The position numbers were made by a program, and so were the translations under genes. Of a stretch of DNA of 64,000 bases, positions 32,442 through 45,506 are shown piece after piece; position 1 is the first letter of the stretch; each line of letters starts with the position of its first letter. The notes below the pieces were generated by a model that did no database searches, was not told the DNA's origin, and saw nothing but the letters and a program-made list of their open reading frames with translations. This stretch comes from Epithemia pelagica (lineage: Eukaryota > Protista > Bacillariophyta). The stretch lies in contig OX337242.1 in the NCBI GenBank assembly GCA_946965045.2, positions 2,108,001 to 2,172,000 of the forward strand, in the 5' to 3' direction.

Positions 32442-33398
32442 AGCAGCAGAAAGCACTTTAGAGACTTCAAGTGGTGAAGGGGCAGATCAACAAGAAGAGG
32501 AAAGCATCATTCGAACAACAAAGTCTCCTGAACTAACATCAAGGAAAAAGTGTCATGACCTGGAATTTGTAACAGAGTCTCGTGTAAGGCAAACCGAGTG
32601 AAACTACCAATATTCCTGCGAATCTTTGCCACTCGTAGACAAGAACACTAGATAGACTGTATTTCTTTGATGGATCTCGGTGACGAGGTCAGGTCCGTGT
32701 TCCCATCCAACCATAAAACATGTGAATCCGCATAAACAAAAGACAATCATGTCGACAACGAGTTCATTCATGGTTTGTTTGTTTTAGCTACCCGTTAGTG
32801 ATGGTATTCATCTTGTTGTATTACTATAAGTTAAATCAATTGATCAATGTGGCAGTGCGAGTATATCACTGAATGGATGACGGTTCATCAGAACCACCAC
32901 GGTACCAAATCCGAGGTCGAACAATGGAAATGGAGTATAATTCGAAGAAAGAAAGTCCAAGATTGCGACTTGTCCCATGTCGTCAATAAGTGAACAGGTC
33001 ACATTTTGTATGTATTTTGTATGGCACTCTCGCCATCAGTAAGATGGTCTTTTTCATAGTCATGGAGAGATTTTGTGGTTAGAGCAATGTCACATGTTAC
33101 ATTTGCCGATAAAAGCCAATACAAGCACCTTTACTGAATCGAAACATCTTGACATGAGGACCATCGTGTCTTCAATGTTGTGATTTTCACAATCTTGAGG
33201 ATTCCAACAACGGATATATGAAGTCTATCCAATCGGATCATTCCTCAATGGTTCACCTAACAGGATCCCATTCCAGTACCACTATCTACCGAAGGTTTCC
33301 TTACCAATCAAACGGGGGCTCGTTTCGAAACCATCCTTGGTTTAAATTTTCCCATGACACTCTCGCCATCAGTAAGATGGTCTTGTTCATTGTCATGG

Positions 33399-35345
33399 CT
33401 AGAACGATCCAAATTTCTTGACGGGTCCTCCAGGAGGAGATTCCACATCCTTGTTGTGGTTGTCTTGCTGGTCTTCCACGGCCGATGCAATGGCTGCGAC
33501 GTCCTTTTGGACTTGCACTCGAGCACCGTCATTGGTGGGTGTCCAATCCCGTAGCCTATTGGACCAATGTGGTTGTGGTTGTGGTTGTCCTCCATGTTTC
33601 GACGCCCGTCGGCTCACGGTAAAGTTGATAACCTTACCGACAATGGCCGCCGTCATGGCCCGTGTCATGGCACCTCTCAAATCTGGTGATTTCGCCAACA
33701 GGGCTTGCATATCTTCGTGTTTCCAACGCATCACGACCGAATCTTGGACAGCGACAATGGTATACAAGGCTTCTTTGGAGGACATGGCCGAACTTCGTTT
33801 CAAGGCATTGGTACGACGACGACTCATGCGACGTGGAATGGGGACCAAGGGAGTCGCTGGATCCGGTTGCGACGACGATGAGGATGGAAATGGCTGTTGC
33901 TGTTGTTGCTGCTGGTACGTGGCAGCTACGGCGGCGGGTGTCGTACTGGCAGCCGTCACAGGAGAAGGACCAAGAGACAGCGGGTTCGTCGAGTCTGGTT
34001 GCCTCTCAGTCGACGGTAGGGTGGTACTCGCAGCACTGATTGAGCTGGAAGCAGTACCATTGCTTCCACTACTACTGGTCGCCGTGGATGAAGTAGTTTG
34101 TTGTTGCTGTTGTTGTTGTTGTTGTTGAGTATTCCAATAGGCTTGCAAAAAGGCCATTTCTCCAATCCACGCCCCCGACGTCCAACTCAATCGATCTTCC
34201 GTTGCTGCGGCATCGTCTTCGACACCGGCCGCTGCATTAAAGGAAGCCGCCGTCAGGCGTCGTCCCAAGGCTTGTGCTCGTGTTTCGCCCTGGGTGACCA
34301 AACACACATGGGTCATGGCTTGTCGTTCTTGCACGACAATGTCTCCCTTTTTCACGTGCACAATTTCGGCTTGTTGATAAATATGTTCAAATTGTTTGGG
34401 TGTGACACCGTGAGGCATAAAAAATTTGGAATAAACTTGTTCTTGGGCTTGCGTCATGTTGACGGTTCCTTCCCGTTCGGCAATGACTTGATAGATTTTC
34501 CAACTATTGACGGCGGCAAAAATAAAACTCCAGGCCATGGGTGCGACTCGACGGGGCGACAGCGAATTGTGATAAATCAAGGCGGCCAAGGAACCGGTCG
34601 CATTCAAGGCTCGCAATTCAATCACATCGGACCGCGTGAATCCCACCAAGGCACAAATGGAACCAATATTAAGGACCAAGACGGCCCAATTGTCCAACCA
34701 CCATTCATACAAGCGAGCGGCAAAATCCACCAAGTAGGCCCACCACCGCACGGGAGGAGAGGCGGTGGTGGTGGTGGTTGTGGCCGTGGTACTGCTGGCC
34801 AACGTGGTGGTGGTGGTGGCCGGAGTGGCATGGCTCATCAAGGGTGCGGTCGCTTCCACAGTCGAAGCACTGGTACTACTGACAGCCGCTGTTGTGGGGG
34901 CACTGCTGGTGGAGCCAGTGGCCGATGTGGCACTGGGAGCGGCAGTCGTCGTCGCAGGAGGTGTCGATGCGCTGGGGGACGCCGCGGAAGGAGACGTTGG
35001 GGTGCTGGTCGTTGTGGTTGTCGTGGTGGTTGCGGCGGCGGCGGGTGGTGTCGTCGTTGAAGACGGTGGCGGCAATTTGGTAAAGGTTTTGGGTTTGGCC
35101 AAGTGAGTTTGAGGCAATTTGGGCAAATTGGGAAAGAGTCGCGGTGGTCGGGGTTCCGGGGCGGCCGGCACCCGAATGCGATAAAATTGACCCTTGTAGA
35201 CACCCTTGATGGTAAAGGGACCACCCGTGTGACTTGCGGCCGTCGCCTTGGCCAATTCTTCGTCCCAAAAGGCTCGCACCTTGGAGTGACCGGACTGCAA
35301 TCGATGACGACGCAAGAGTCGTTCCAAAAAGCGGACAAACGACAA
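33399..35345 (-). CDS. Popeye/cNMP-like membrane protein, copy 2 (native start lost)
   Basis: As copy 1; poly-Q is one residue longer. Confidence 0.75.
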   Translation of the reverse strand: MSFVRFLERLLRRHRLQSGHSKVRAFWDEELAKATAASHTGGPFTIKGVYKGQFYRIRVPAAPEPRPPRLFPNLPKLPQTHLAKPKTFTKLPPPSSTTTPPAAAATTTTTTTTSTPTSPSAASPSASTPPATTTAAPSATSATGSTSSAPTTAAVSSTSASTVEATAPLMSHATPATTTTTLASSTTATTTTTTASPPVRWWAYLVDFAARLYEWWLDNWAVLVLNIGSICALVGFTRSDVIELRALNATGSLAALIYHNSLSPRRVAPMAWSFIFAAVNSWKIYQVIAEREGTVNMTQAQEQVYSKFFMPHGVTPKQFEHIYQQAEIVHVKKGDIVVQERQAMTHVCLVTQGETRAQALGRRLTAASFNAAAGVEDDAAATEDRLSWTSGAWIGEMAFLQAYWNTQQQQQQQQQQTTSSTATSSSGSNGTASSSISAASTTLPSTERQPDSTNPLSLGPSPVTAASTTPAAVAATYQQQQQQQPFPSSSSSQPDPATPLVPIPRRMSRRRTNALKRSSAMSSKEALYTIVAVQDSVVMRWKHEDMQALLAKSPDLRGAMTRAMTAAIVGKVINFTVSRRASKHGGQPQPQPHWSNRLRDWTPTNDGARVQVQKDVAAIASAVEDQQDNHNKDVESPPGGPVKKFGSF

Positions 35346-36463
35346 TCAAACCTTGATTTCCTTGATTTCCTTCTCTGCTCAGGAGATGAGTGTCTCCATT
35401 CCATCTTGCCTTTCAAACGCTTGTTGACTAACATCTGAGACAGTATCCAACAGAGTATGTTTGCCGGTAACAACACAAACTTTGGGACATGACGTGGACA
35501 GTTTCAGAGTTCCCTTGGCTGGTGTGGTTTCCAGCATGCACCAGTTATGCGTCAAACCATAGAGAAGCTCTACTCCAGCACGTATGTGCGGTGTTACCAA
35601 TAAGCGATCGTTGACGTCCATTTATAATGGACATGGGCTGAACTACTTGGTAGATTGCGAACGAGAATACCGCCGTACTTGTTGCGTTTGGTTTGATTGT
35701 CGTTTTGTCCGCTTGTCGTTTTGTCCGCTTGTCGTCTTGTCGTTTTGTCCGCTTGTCGTTTTGTCCGCTTGTCGTTTTGTCCGCTTGTCGTTTTGTCCGC
35801 TTGTCGTCTTGTCGGCTTGTCGTCTTGTCTTCTTGTCCGCTTGTCCGCTTGTCGTCTTGTCCGCTTCATCTTGTCCGCTTGTCGTCTTGTCCGCTTCATT
35901 TTGTGAGGTTTGCGAGAACCATCCCGTGGGAGCACCGTGACAAAATAGAAGCACGACTCGTACTTCTGCAGTAATGTTGTACTAGAGAGGTACTGGATGT
36001 ACTGTTAAATAGACCAAATAATGGGAATTGGGCTGTTCAAGAATATTATAGCCTATTGTGGCGAGCAGCTTCACGTACGAGTACGAGTAGTCCTTGCCGT
36101 TGAGCTTATTTACCGATGGCTCACAAGTCACAAGACTGAGAAGTTACGTAGTGTACCTAACATTACTCGTCGGGCTTAGCTAATGAGTGATAAGTAGGAC
36201 ATTACAAGACAACAATTTCATCTTGTGTGTGTCATGAGGCTTAATACCGGGTGCACCGTTTTTATTGCCCCGGTCTTTTGAACAAGAGACAATCGCCAAA
36301 ACGACAAGGACTAGAGCTGTTTAGCTAGTTCTAAGCTAAAATGCTGCCTTGTCTGCTAGCATAGGGCGCGTGAGGTCATAGCCGACATAGTTTCGCGTGT
36401 TCCTGAATAGGAAGACTACTATGAAAGCGGAAAACCGCTACCAAAGTAGCGGGTGTCCCAGTG
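35334..36463 (-). mobile_element. Transposon right-end fragment, TIR at 36443-36463
   Basis: Matches 30256-31385. Confidence 0.8.
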
Positions 36464-36815
36464 TCCAGTACTCCTAGATGAAAAGAGAGACAGTTCGTCC
36501 ACGACAAACGACAACCGCCTCCACCTCCAGCGGACTGCTCTTCAGCGCCACCTCCTGTAATGCGTAATGCGTTACATTGACAACGTCCACGGAGTCTAAA
36601 ACAAGAGAGACAATTTGTCCGCAACAACCAACTGCTCTTCGGCGCCACCTCCTGTACTGCTTACATTGACTAATAACACAAAACTACTGTCACCAGACAT
36701 CGTTCCAAACACATGTATCACGAATCACGACCTCAAGACCAAGGCGGGGATTGAATCGGAGATTTGAGATTGCATTCCCACTTTGTACATCATAACGAGA
36801 GGACAGGCTATCATC

Positions 36816-37525
36816 ATGGCAACCATCACCAGCAGCCAAACAGTGTGCTCCACAGATTCCACAATTCGGACCTCCAACGTCCAAAACCCAAAGCCTTACT
36901 TCATCACGGTAGGTAATGGAGCTGGTATATCCCTTGACCAACGGATCCCCAGCGCATACTGACATGTATTTCTTTCTGTGTTTGTTTGCAGCTCTCAAAA
37001 CGATCCCTAATGTCGCGCTTTCATTCATCTGATCAAGAAATTAAGGAGACCTTTCTCCGTAACATTGACGTCGAGCTCGACGATAACCAGCAGATGTATC
37101 TGCTGTTTGCAATCACTGCGATCGTAGAAAAACCCAGTCTCTCTATCGAGGAGCTTATGGACCTGAGTCCTCTTGCCGTCGTTTTTAACCAAACGGGATT
37201 GGCGAATCGCTATCTTCGTGATCTTGTTCACCATGTTCGTCGATTTTCCGTCGCTGGGCCGGTTACCGAGATCCCAGATGAGAGCAACAGCGCTGGCGTC
37301 TCGTCTTTGACGAATCCTGGTTTTGGGAGTTCTGCCGATGGTCAGGGGGAAACAAACAACAGCAACGAAACAGTTGCGGACGGTCAAGCAGTCCCGGCTG
37401 CCCACAGCAACTGGTCTGTGGACGCCGTGGCAGGTTCTGCTGCCCCTTCTCAAATCACCGGCTTAACAGCCGAGACGGAAGACACGTCCATAAGTGAAGG
37501 GGGTGATCAAAAAGACGAAATGTAA
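36816..37525 (+). CDS. Orphan two-exon gene, copy C3
   Basis: Intact; same exons and intron. Confidence 0.75.
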
Positions 37526-38476
37526 AGCAGCAGAAAGCACTTTAGAGACTTCAAGTGGTGAAGGGGCAGATCAACAAGAAGAGGAAAGCATCATTCGAAC
37601 AACAAAGTCTCCTGAACTAACATCTAGGAAAAAGTGTCATGACCTGGAATTTGTAACAGAGTCTCGTGTAAGGCAAACCGAGTGAAACTACCAATATTCC
37701 TGCGAATCTTTGCCACTCGTAGACAAGAACACTAGATAGACTGTATTTCTTTGATGGATCTCGGTGACGAGGTCAGGTCCGTGTTCCCATCCAACCATAA
37801 AACATGTGAATCCGCATAAACAAAAGACAATCATGTCGACAACGAGTTCATTCATGGTTTGTTTGTTTTAGCTACCCGTTAGTGATGGTATTCATCTTGT
37901 TGTATTACTATAAGTTAAATCAATTGATCAATGTGGCAGTGCGAGTATATCACTGAATGGATGACGGTTCATCAGAACCACCACGGTACCAAATCCGAGG
38001 TCGAACAATGGAAATGGAGTATAATTCGAAGAAAGAAAGTCCAAGATTGCGACTTGTCCCATGTCGTCAATAAGTGAACAGGTCACATTTTGTATGTATT
38101 TTGTATGGCACTCTCGCCATCAGTAAGATGGTCTTTTTCATAGTCATGGAGAGATTTTGTGGTTAGAGCAATGTCACATGTTACATTTGCCGATAAAAGC
38201 CAATACAAGCACCTTTACTGAATCGAAACATCTTGACATGAGGACCATCGTGTCTTCAATGTTGTGATTTTCACAATCTTGAGGATTCCAACAACGGATA
38301 TATGAAGTCTATCCAATCGGATCATTCCTCAATGGTTCACCTAACAGGATCCCATTCCAGTACCACTATCTACCGAAGGTTTCCTTACCAATCAAACGGG
38401 GGCTCGTTTCGAAACCATCCTTGGTTTAAATTTTCCCATGACACTCTCGCCATCAGTAAGATGGTCTTGTTCATTG

Positions 38477-40441
38477 TCATGGATAGAACGATCCAAATTT
38501 CTTGACGGGTCCTCCAGGAGGAGATTCCACATCCTTGTTGTGGTTGTCTTGCTGGTCTTCCACGGCCGATGCAATGGCTGCGACGTCCTTTTGGACTTGC
38601 ACTCGAGCACCGTCATTGGTGGGTGTCCAATCCCGTAGCCAATTGGACCAATGTGGTTGTGGTTGTGGTTGTCCTCCATGTTTCGACGCCCGTCGGCTCA
38701 CGGTAAAGTTGATAACCTTACCGACAATGGCCGCCGTCATGGCCCGCGTCATGGCCCGTGTCATGGCACCCCTCAAATCTGGTGATTTCGCCAACAGGGC
38801 TTGCATATCTTCGTGTTTCCAACGCATCACGACCGAATCTTGGACAGCGACAATGGTATACAAGGCTTCTTTGGAGGACATGGCCGAACTTCGTTTCAAG
38901 GCATTGGTACGACGACGACTCATGCGACGTGGAATGGGGACCAAGGGAGTCGCTGGATCCGGTTGCGACGACAATGAGGATGGCAATGGCTGTTGCTGTT
39001 GTTGCTGCTGGTACGTGGCAGCTACGGCGGCGGGTGTCGTACTGGCAGCCGTCACAGGAGAAGGACCAAGAGACAGCGGGTTCGTCGAGTCTGGTTGCCT
39101 CTCAGTCGACGGTAGGGTGGTACTCGCAGCACTGATTGAGCTGGAAGCAGTACCATTGCTTCCACTACTACTGGTCGCCGTGGATGAAGTAGTTTGTTGT
39201 TGCTGTTGTTATTGTTGTTGTTGAGTATTCCAATAGGCTTGCAAAAAGGCCATTTCTCCAATCCACGCCCCCGACGTCCAACTCAATCGATCTTCCGTTG
39301 CTGCGGCATCGTCTTCGACACCGGCCGCTGCATTAAAGGAAGCCGCCGTCAGGCGTCGTCCCAAGGCTTGTGCTCGTGTTTCGCCCTGGGTGACCAAACA
39401 CACATGGGTCATGGCTTGTCGTTCTTGCACGACAATGTCTCCCTTTTTCACGTGCACAATTTCGGCTTGTTGATAAATATGTTCAAATTGTTTGGGTGTG
39501 ACACCGTGAGGCATAAAAAATTTGGAATAAACTTGTTCTTGGGCTTGCGTCATGTTGACGGTTCCTTCCCGTTCGGCAATGACTTGATAGATTTTCCAAC
39601 TATTGACGGCGGCAAAAATAAAACTCCAGGCCATGGGTGCGACTCGACGGGGCGACAGCGAATTGTGATAAATCAAGGCGGCCAAGGAACCGGTCGCATT
39701 CAAGGCTCGCAATTCAATCACATCGGACCGCGTGAATCCCACCAAGGCACAAATGGAACCAATATTAAGGACCAAGACGGCCCAATTGTCCAACCACCAT
39801 TCATACAAGCGAGCGGCAAAATCCACCAAGTAGGCCCACCACCGCACGGGAGGAGAGGCGGTGGTGGTGGTGGTTGTGGCCGTGGTACTGCTGGCCAACG
39901 TGGTGGTGGTGGTGGCCGGAGTGGCATGGCTCATCAAGGGTGCGGTCGCTTCCACAGTCGAAGCACTGGTACTACTGACAGCCGCTGTTGTGGGGGCACT
40001 GCTGGTGGAGCCAGTGGCCGATGTGGCACTGGGAGCGGCAGTCGTCGTCGCAGGAGGTGTCGATGCGCTGGGGGACGCCGCGGAAGGAGACGTTGGGGTG
40101 CTGGTCGTTGTGGTTGTCGTGGTGGTTGCGGCGGCGGCGGGTGGTGTCGTCGTTGAAGACGGTGGCGGCAATTTGGTAAAGGTTTTGGGTTTGGCCAAGT
40201 GAGTTTGAGGCAATTTGGGCAAATTGGGAAAGAGTCGCGGTGGTCGGGGTTCCGGGGCGGCCGGCACCCGAATGCGATAAAATTGACCCTTGTAGACACC
40301 CTTGATGGTAAAGGGACCACCCGTGTGACTTGCGGCCGTCGCCTTGGCCAATTCTTCGTCCCAAAAGGCTCGCACCTTGGAGTGACCGGACTGCAATCGA
40401 TGACGACGCAAGAGTCGTTCCAAAAAGCGGACAAACGACAA
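38477..40441 (-). pseudogene. Popeye/cNMP-like copy 3, inactivated
   Basis: CAA>TAA in the poly-Q (39209-39211), 12-bp duplication (RAMT twice) and a TAG>TAT stop loss. Confidence 0.85.
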
Positions 40442-41543
40442 TCAAACCTTGATTTCCTTGATTTCCTTCTCTGCTCAGGAGATGAGTGTCTCCATTCCAT
40501 CTTGCCTTTCAAACGCTTGTTGACTAACATCTGAGACAGTATCCAACAGAGTATGTTTGCCGGTAACAACACAAACTTTGGGACATGACGTGGACAGTTT
40601 CAGAGTTCCCTTGGCTGGTGTGGTTTCCAGCATGCACCAGTTATGCGTCAAACCATAGAGAAGCTCTACTCCAGCACGTATGTGCGGTGTTACCAATAAG
40701 CGATCGTTGACGTCCATTTATAATGGACATGGGCTGAACTACTTGGTAGATTGCGAACGAGAATACCGCCGTACTTGTTGCGTTTGGTTTGATTGTCGTT
40801 TTGTCCGCTTGTCGTTTTGTCCGCTTGTCGTCTTGTCGTTTTGTCCGCTTGTCGTTTTGTCCGCTTGTCGTTTTGTCCGCTTGTCGTCTTGTCGGCTTGT
40901 CGTCTTGTCTTCTTGTCCGCTTGTCCGCTTGTCGTCTTGTCCGCTTCATCTTGTCCGCTTGTCGTCTTGTCCGCTTCATTTTGTGAGGTTTGCGAGAACC
41001 ATCCCGTGGGAGCACCGTGACAAAATAGAAGCACGACTCGTACTTCTGCAGTAATGTTGTACTAGAGAGGTACTGGATGTACTGTTAAATAGACCAAATA
41101 ATGGGAATTGGGCTGTTCAAGAATATTATAGCCTATTGTGGCGAGCAGCTTCACGTACGAGTACGAGTAGTCCTTGCCGTTGAGCTTATTTACCGATGGC
41201 TCACAAGTCACAAGACTGAGAAGTTACGTAGTGTACCTAACATTACTCGTCGGGCTTAGCTAATGAGTGATAAGTAGGACATTACAAGACAACAATTTCA
41301 TCTTGTGTGTGTCATGAGGCTTAATACCGGGTGCACCGTTTTTATTGCCCCGGTCTTTTGAACAAGAGACAATCGCCAAAACGACAAGGACTAGAGCTGT
41401 TTAGCTAGTTCTAAGCTAAAATGCTGCCTTGTCTGCTAGCATAGGGCGCGTGAGGTCATAGCCGACATAGTTTCGCGTGTTCCTGAATAGGAAGACTACT
41501 ATGAAAGCGGAAAACCGCTACCAAAGTAGCGGGTGTCCCAGTG
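40430..41543 (-). mobile_element. Transposon right-end fragment, TIR at 41523-41543
   Basis: As above, minus one 16-mer. Confidence 0.8.
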
Positions 41544-41895
41544 TCCAGTACTCCTAGATGAAAAGAGAGACAGTTCGTCCACGACAAACGACAACCGCCT
41601 CCACCTCCAGCGGACTGCTCTTCAGCGCCACCTCCTGTAATGCGTAATGCGTTACATTGACAACGTCCACGGAGTCTAAAACAAGAGAGACAATTTGTCC
41701 GCAACAACCAACTGCTCTTCGGCGCCACCTCCTGTACTGCTTACATTGACTAATAACACAAAACTACTGTCACCAGACATCGTTCCAAACACATGTATCA
41801 CGAATCACGACCTCAAGACCAAGGCGGGGATTGAATCGGAGATTTGAGATTGCATTCCCACTTTGTACATCATAACGAGAGGACAGGCTATCATC

Positions 41896-42605
41896 ATGGC
41901 AACCATCACCAGCAGCCAAACAGTGTGCTCCACAGATTCCACAATTCGGACCTCCAACGTCCAAAACCCAAAGCCTTACTTCATCACGGTAGGTAATGGA
42001 GCTGGTATATCCCTTGACCAACGGATCCCCAGCGCATACTGACATGTATTTCTTTCTGTGTTTGTTTGCAGCTCTCAAAACGATCCCTAATGTCGCGCTT
42101 TCATTCATCTGATCAAGAAATTAAGGAGACCTTTCTCCGTAACATTGACGTCGAGCTCGACGATAACCAGCAGATGTATCTGCTGTTTGCAATCACTGCG
42201 ATCGTAGAAAAACCCAGTCTCTCTATCGAGGAGCTTATGGACCTGAGTCCTCTTGCCGTCGTTTTTAACCAAACGGGATTGGCGAATCGCTATCTTCGTG
42301 ATCTTGTTCACCATGTTCGTCGATTTTCCGTCGCTGGGCCGGTTACCGAGATCCCAGATGAGAGCAACAGCGCTGGCGTCTCGTCTTTGACGAATCCTGG
42401 TTTTGGGAGTTCTGCCGATGGTCAGGGGGAAACAAACAACAGCAACGAAACAGTTGCGGACGGTCAAGCAGTCCCGGCTGCCCACAGCAACTGGTCTGTG
42501 GACGCCGTGGCAGGTTCTGCTGCCCCTTCTCAAATCACCGGCTTAACAGCCGAGACGGAAGACACGTCCATAAGTGAAGGGGGTGATCAAAAAGACGAAA
42601 TGTAA
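41896..42605 (+). CDS. Orphan two-exon gene, copy C4
   Basis: Intact. Confidence 0.75.
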
Positions 42606-43562
42606 AGCAGCAGAAAGCACTTTAGAGACTTCAAGTGGTGAAGGGGCAGATCAACAAGAAGAGGAAAGCATCATTCGAACAACAAAGTCTCCTGAACTAA
42701 CATCTAGGAAAAAGTGTCATGACCTGGAATTTGTAACAGAGTCTCGTGTAAGGCAAACCGAGTGAAACTACCAATATTCCTGCGAATCTTTGCCACTCGT
42801 AGACAAGAACACTAGATAGACTGTATTTCTTTGATGGATCTCGGTGACGAGGTCAGGTCCGTGTTCCCATCCAACCATAAAACATGTGAATCCGCATAAA
42901 CAAAAGACAATCATGTCGACAACGAGTTCATTCATGGTTTGTTTGTTTTAGCTACCCGTTAGTGATGGTATTCATCTTGTTGTATTACTATAAGTTAAAT
43001 CAATTGATCAATGTGGCAGTGCGAGTATATCACTGAATGGATGACGGTTCATCAGAACCACCACGGTACCAAATCCGAGGTCGAACAATGGAAATGGAGT
43101 ATAATTCGAAGAAAGAAAGTCCAAGATTGCGACTTGTCCCATGTCGTCAATAAGTGAACAGGTCACATTTTGTATGTATTTTGTATGGCACTCTCGCCAT
43201 CAGTAAGATGGTCTTTTTCATAGTCATGGAGAGATTTTGTGGTTAGAGCAATGTCACATGTTACATTTGCCGATAAAAGCCAATACAAGCACCTTTACTG
43301 AATCGAAACATCTTGACATGAGGACCATCGTGTCTTCAATGTTGTGAATTTCACAATCTTGAGGATTCCAACAACGGATATATGAAGTCTATCCAATCGG
43401 ATCATTCCTCAATGGTTCACCTAACAGGATCCCATTCCAGTACCACTATCTACCGAAGGTTTCCTTACCAATCAAACGGGGGCTCGTTTCGAAACCATCC
43501 TTGGTTTAAATTTTCCCATGACACTCTCGCCATCAGTAAGATGGTCTTGTTCATTGTCATGG

Positions 43563-45506
43563 CTAGAACGATCCAAATTTCTTGACGGGTCCTCCAGGAG
43601 GAGATTCCACATCCTTGTTGTGGTTGTCTTGCTGGTCTTCCACGGCCGATGCAATGGCTGCGACGTCCTTTTGGACTTGCACTCGAGCACCGTCATTGGT
43701 GGGTGTCCAATCCCGTAGCCAATTGGACCAATGTGGTTGTGGTTGTGGTTGTCCTCCATGTTTCGACGCCCGTCGGCTCACGGTAAAGTTGATAACCTTA
43801 CCGACAATGGCCGCCGTCATGGCCCGTGTCATGGCACCTCTCAAATCTGGTGATTTCGCCAACAGGGCTTGCATATCTTCGTGTTTCCAACGCATCACGA
43901 CCGAATCTTGGACAGCGACAATGGTATACAAGGCTTCTTTGGAGGACATGGCCGAACTTCGTTTCAAGGCATTGGTACGACGACGACTCATGCGACGTGG
44001 AATGGGGACCAAGGGAGTCGCTGGATCCGGTTGCGACGACGATGAGGATGGCAATGGCTGTTGCTGTTGTTGCTGCTGGTACGTGGCAGCTACGGCGGCG
44101 GGTGTCGTACTGGCAGCCGTCACAGGAGAAGGACCAAGAGACAGCGGGTTCGTCGAGTCTGGTTGCCTCTCAGTCGACGGTAGGGTGGTACTCGCAGCAC
44201 TGATTGAGCTGGAAGCAGTACCATTGCTTCCACTACTACTGGTCGCCGTGGATGAAGTAGTTTGTTGTTGCTGTTGTTGTTGTTGTTGAGTATTCCAATA
44301 GGCTTGCAAAAAGGCCATTTCTCCAATCCACGCCCCCGACGTCCAACTCAATCGATCTTCCGTTGCTGCGGCATCGTCTTCGACACCGGCCGCTGCATTA
44401 AAGGAAGCCGCCGTCAGGCGTCGTCCCAAGGCTTGTGCTCGTGTTTCGCCCTGGGTGACCAAACACACATGGGTCATGGCTTGTCGTTCTTGCACGACAA
44501 TGTCTCCCTTTTTCACGTGCACAATTTCGGCTTGTTGATAAATATGTTCAAATTGTTTGGGTGTGACACCGTGAGGCATAAAAAATTTGGAATAAACTTG
44601 TTCTTGGGCTTGCGTCATGTTGACGGTTCCTTCCCGTTCGGCAATGACTTGATAGATTTTCCAACTATTGACGGCGGCAAAAATAAAACTCCAGGCCATG
44701 GGTGCGACTCGACGGGGCGACAGCGAATTGTGATAAATCAAGGCGGCCAAGGAACCGGTCGCATTCAAGGCTCGCAATTCAATCACATCGGACCGCGTGA
44801 ATCCCACCAAGGCACAAATGGAACCAATATTAAGGACCAAGACGGCCCAATTGTCCAACCACCATTCATACAAGCGAGCGGCAAAATCCACCAAGTAGGC
44901 CCACCACCGCACGGGAGGAGAGGCGGTGGTGGTGGTGGTTGTGGCCGTGGTACTGCTGGCCAACGTGGTGGTGGTGGTGGCCGGAGTGGCATGGCTCATC
45001 AAGGGTGCGGTCGCTTCCACAGTCGAAGCACTGGTACTACTGACAGCCGCTGTTGTGGGGGCACTGCTGGTGGAGCCAGTGGCCGATGTGGCACTGGGAG
45101 CGGCAGTCGTCGTCGCAGGAGGTGTCGATGCGCTGGGGGACGCCGCGGAAGGAGACGTTGGGGTGCTGGTCGTTGTGGTTGTCGTGGTGGTTGCGGCGGC
45201 GGCGGGTGGTGTCGTCGTTGAAGACGGTGGCGGCAATTTGGTAAAGGTTTTGGGTTTGGCCAAGTGAGTTTGAGGCAATTTGGGCAAATTGGGAAAGAGT
45301 CGCGGTGGTCGGGGTTCCGGGGCGGCCGGCACCCGAATGCGATAAAATTGACCCTTGTAGACACCCTTGATGGTAAAGGGACCACCCGTGTGACTTGCGG
45401 CCGTCGCCTTGGCCAATTCTTCGTCCCAAAAGGCTCGCACCTTGGAGTGACCGGACTGCAATCGATGACGACGCAAGAGTCGTTCCAAAAAGCGGACAAA
45501 CGACAA
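43563..45506 (-). CDS. Popeye/cNMP-like membrane protein, copy 4 (native start lost)
   Basis: Open frame, same motifs as copy 1. Confidence 0.75.
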   Translation of the reverse strand: MSFVRFLERLLRRHRLQSGHSKVRAFWDEELAKATAASHTGGPFTIKGVYKGQFYRIRVPAAPEPRPPRLFPNLPKLPQTHLAKPKTFTKLPPPSSTTTPPAAAATTTTTTTTSTPTSPSAASPSASTPPATTTAAPSATSATGSTSSAPTTAAVSSTSASTVEATAPLMSHATPATTTTTLASSTTATTTTTTASPPVRWWAYLVDFAARLYEWWLDNWAVLVLNIGSICALVGFTRSDVIELRALNATGSLAALIYHNSLSPRRVAPMAWSFIFAAVNSWKIYQVIAEREGTVNMTQAQEQVYSKFFMPHGVTPKQFEHIYQQAEIVHVKKGDIVVQERQAMTHVCLVTQGETRAQALGRRLTAASFNAAAGVEDDAAATEDRLSWTSGAWIGEMAFLQAYWNTQQQQQQQQQTTSSTATSSSGSNGTASSSISAASTTLPSTERQPDSTNPLSLGPSPVTAASTTPAAVAATYQQQQQQQPLPSSSSSQPDPATPLVPIPRRMSRRRTNALKRSSAMSSKEALYTIVAVQDSVVMRWKHEDMQALLAKSPDLRGAMTRAMTAAIVGKVINFTVSRRASKHGGQPQPQPHWSNWLRDWTPTNDGARVQVQKDVAAIASAVEDQQDNHNKDVESPPGGPVKKFGSF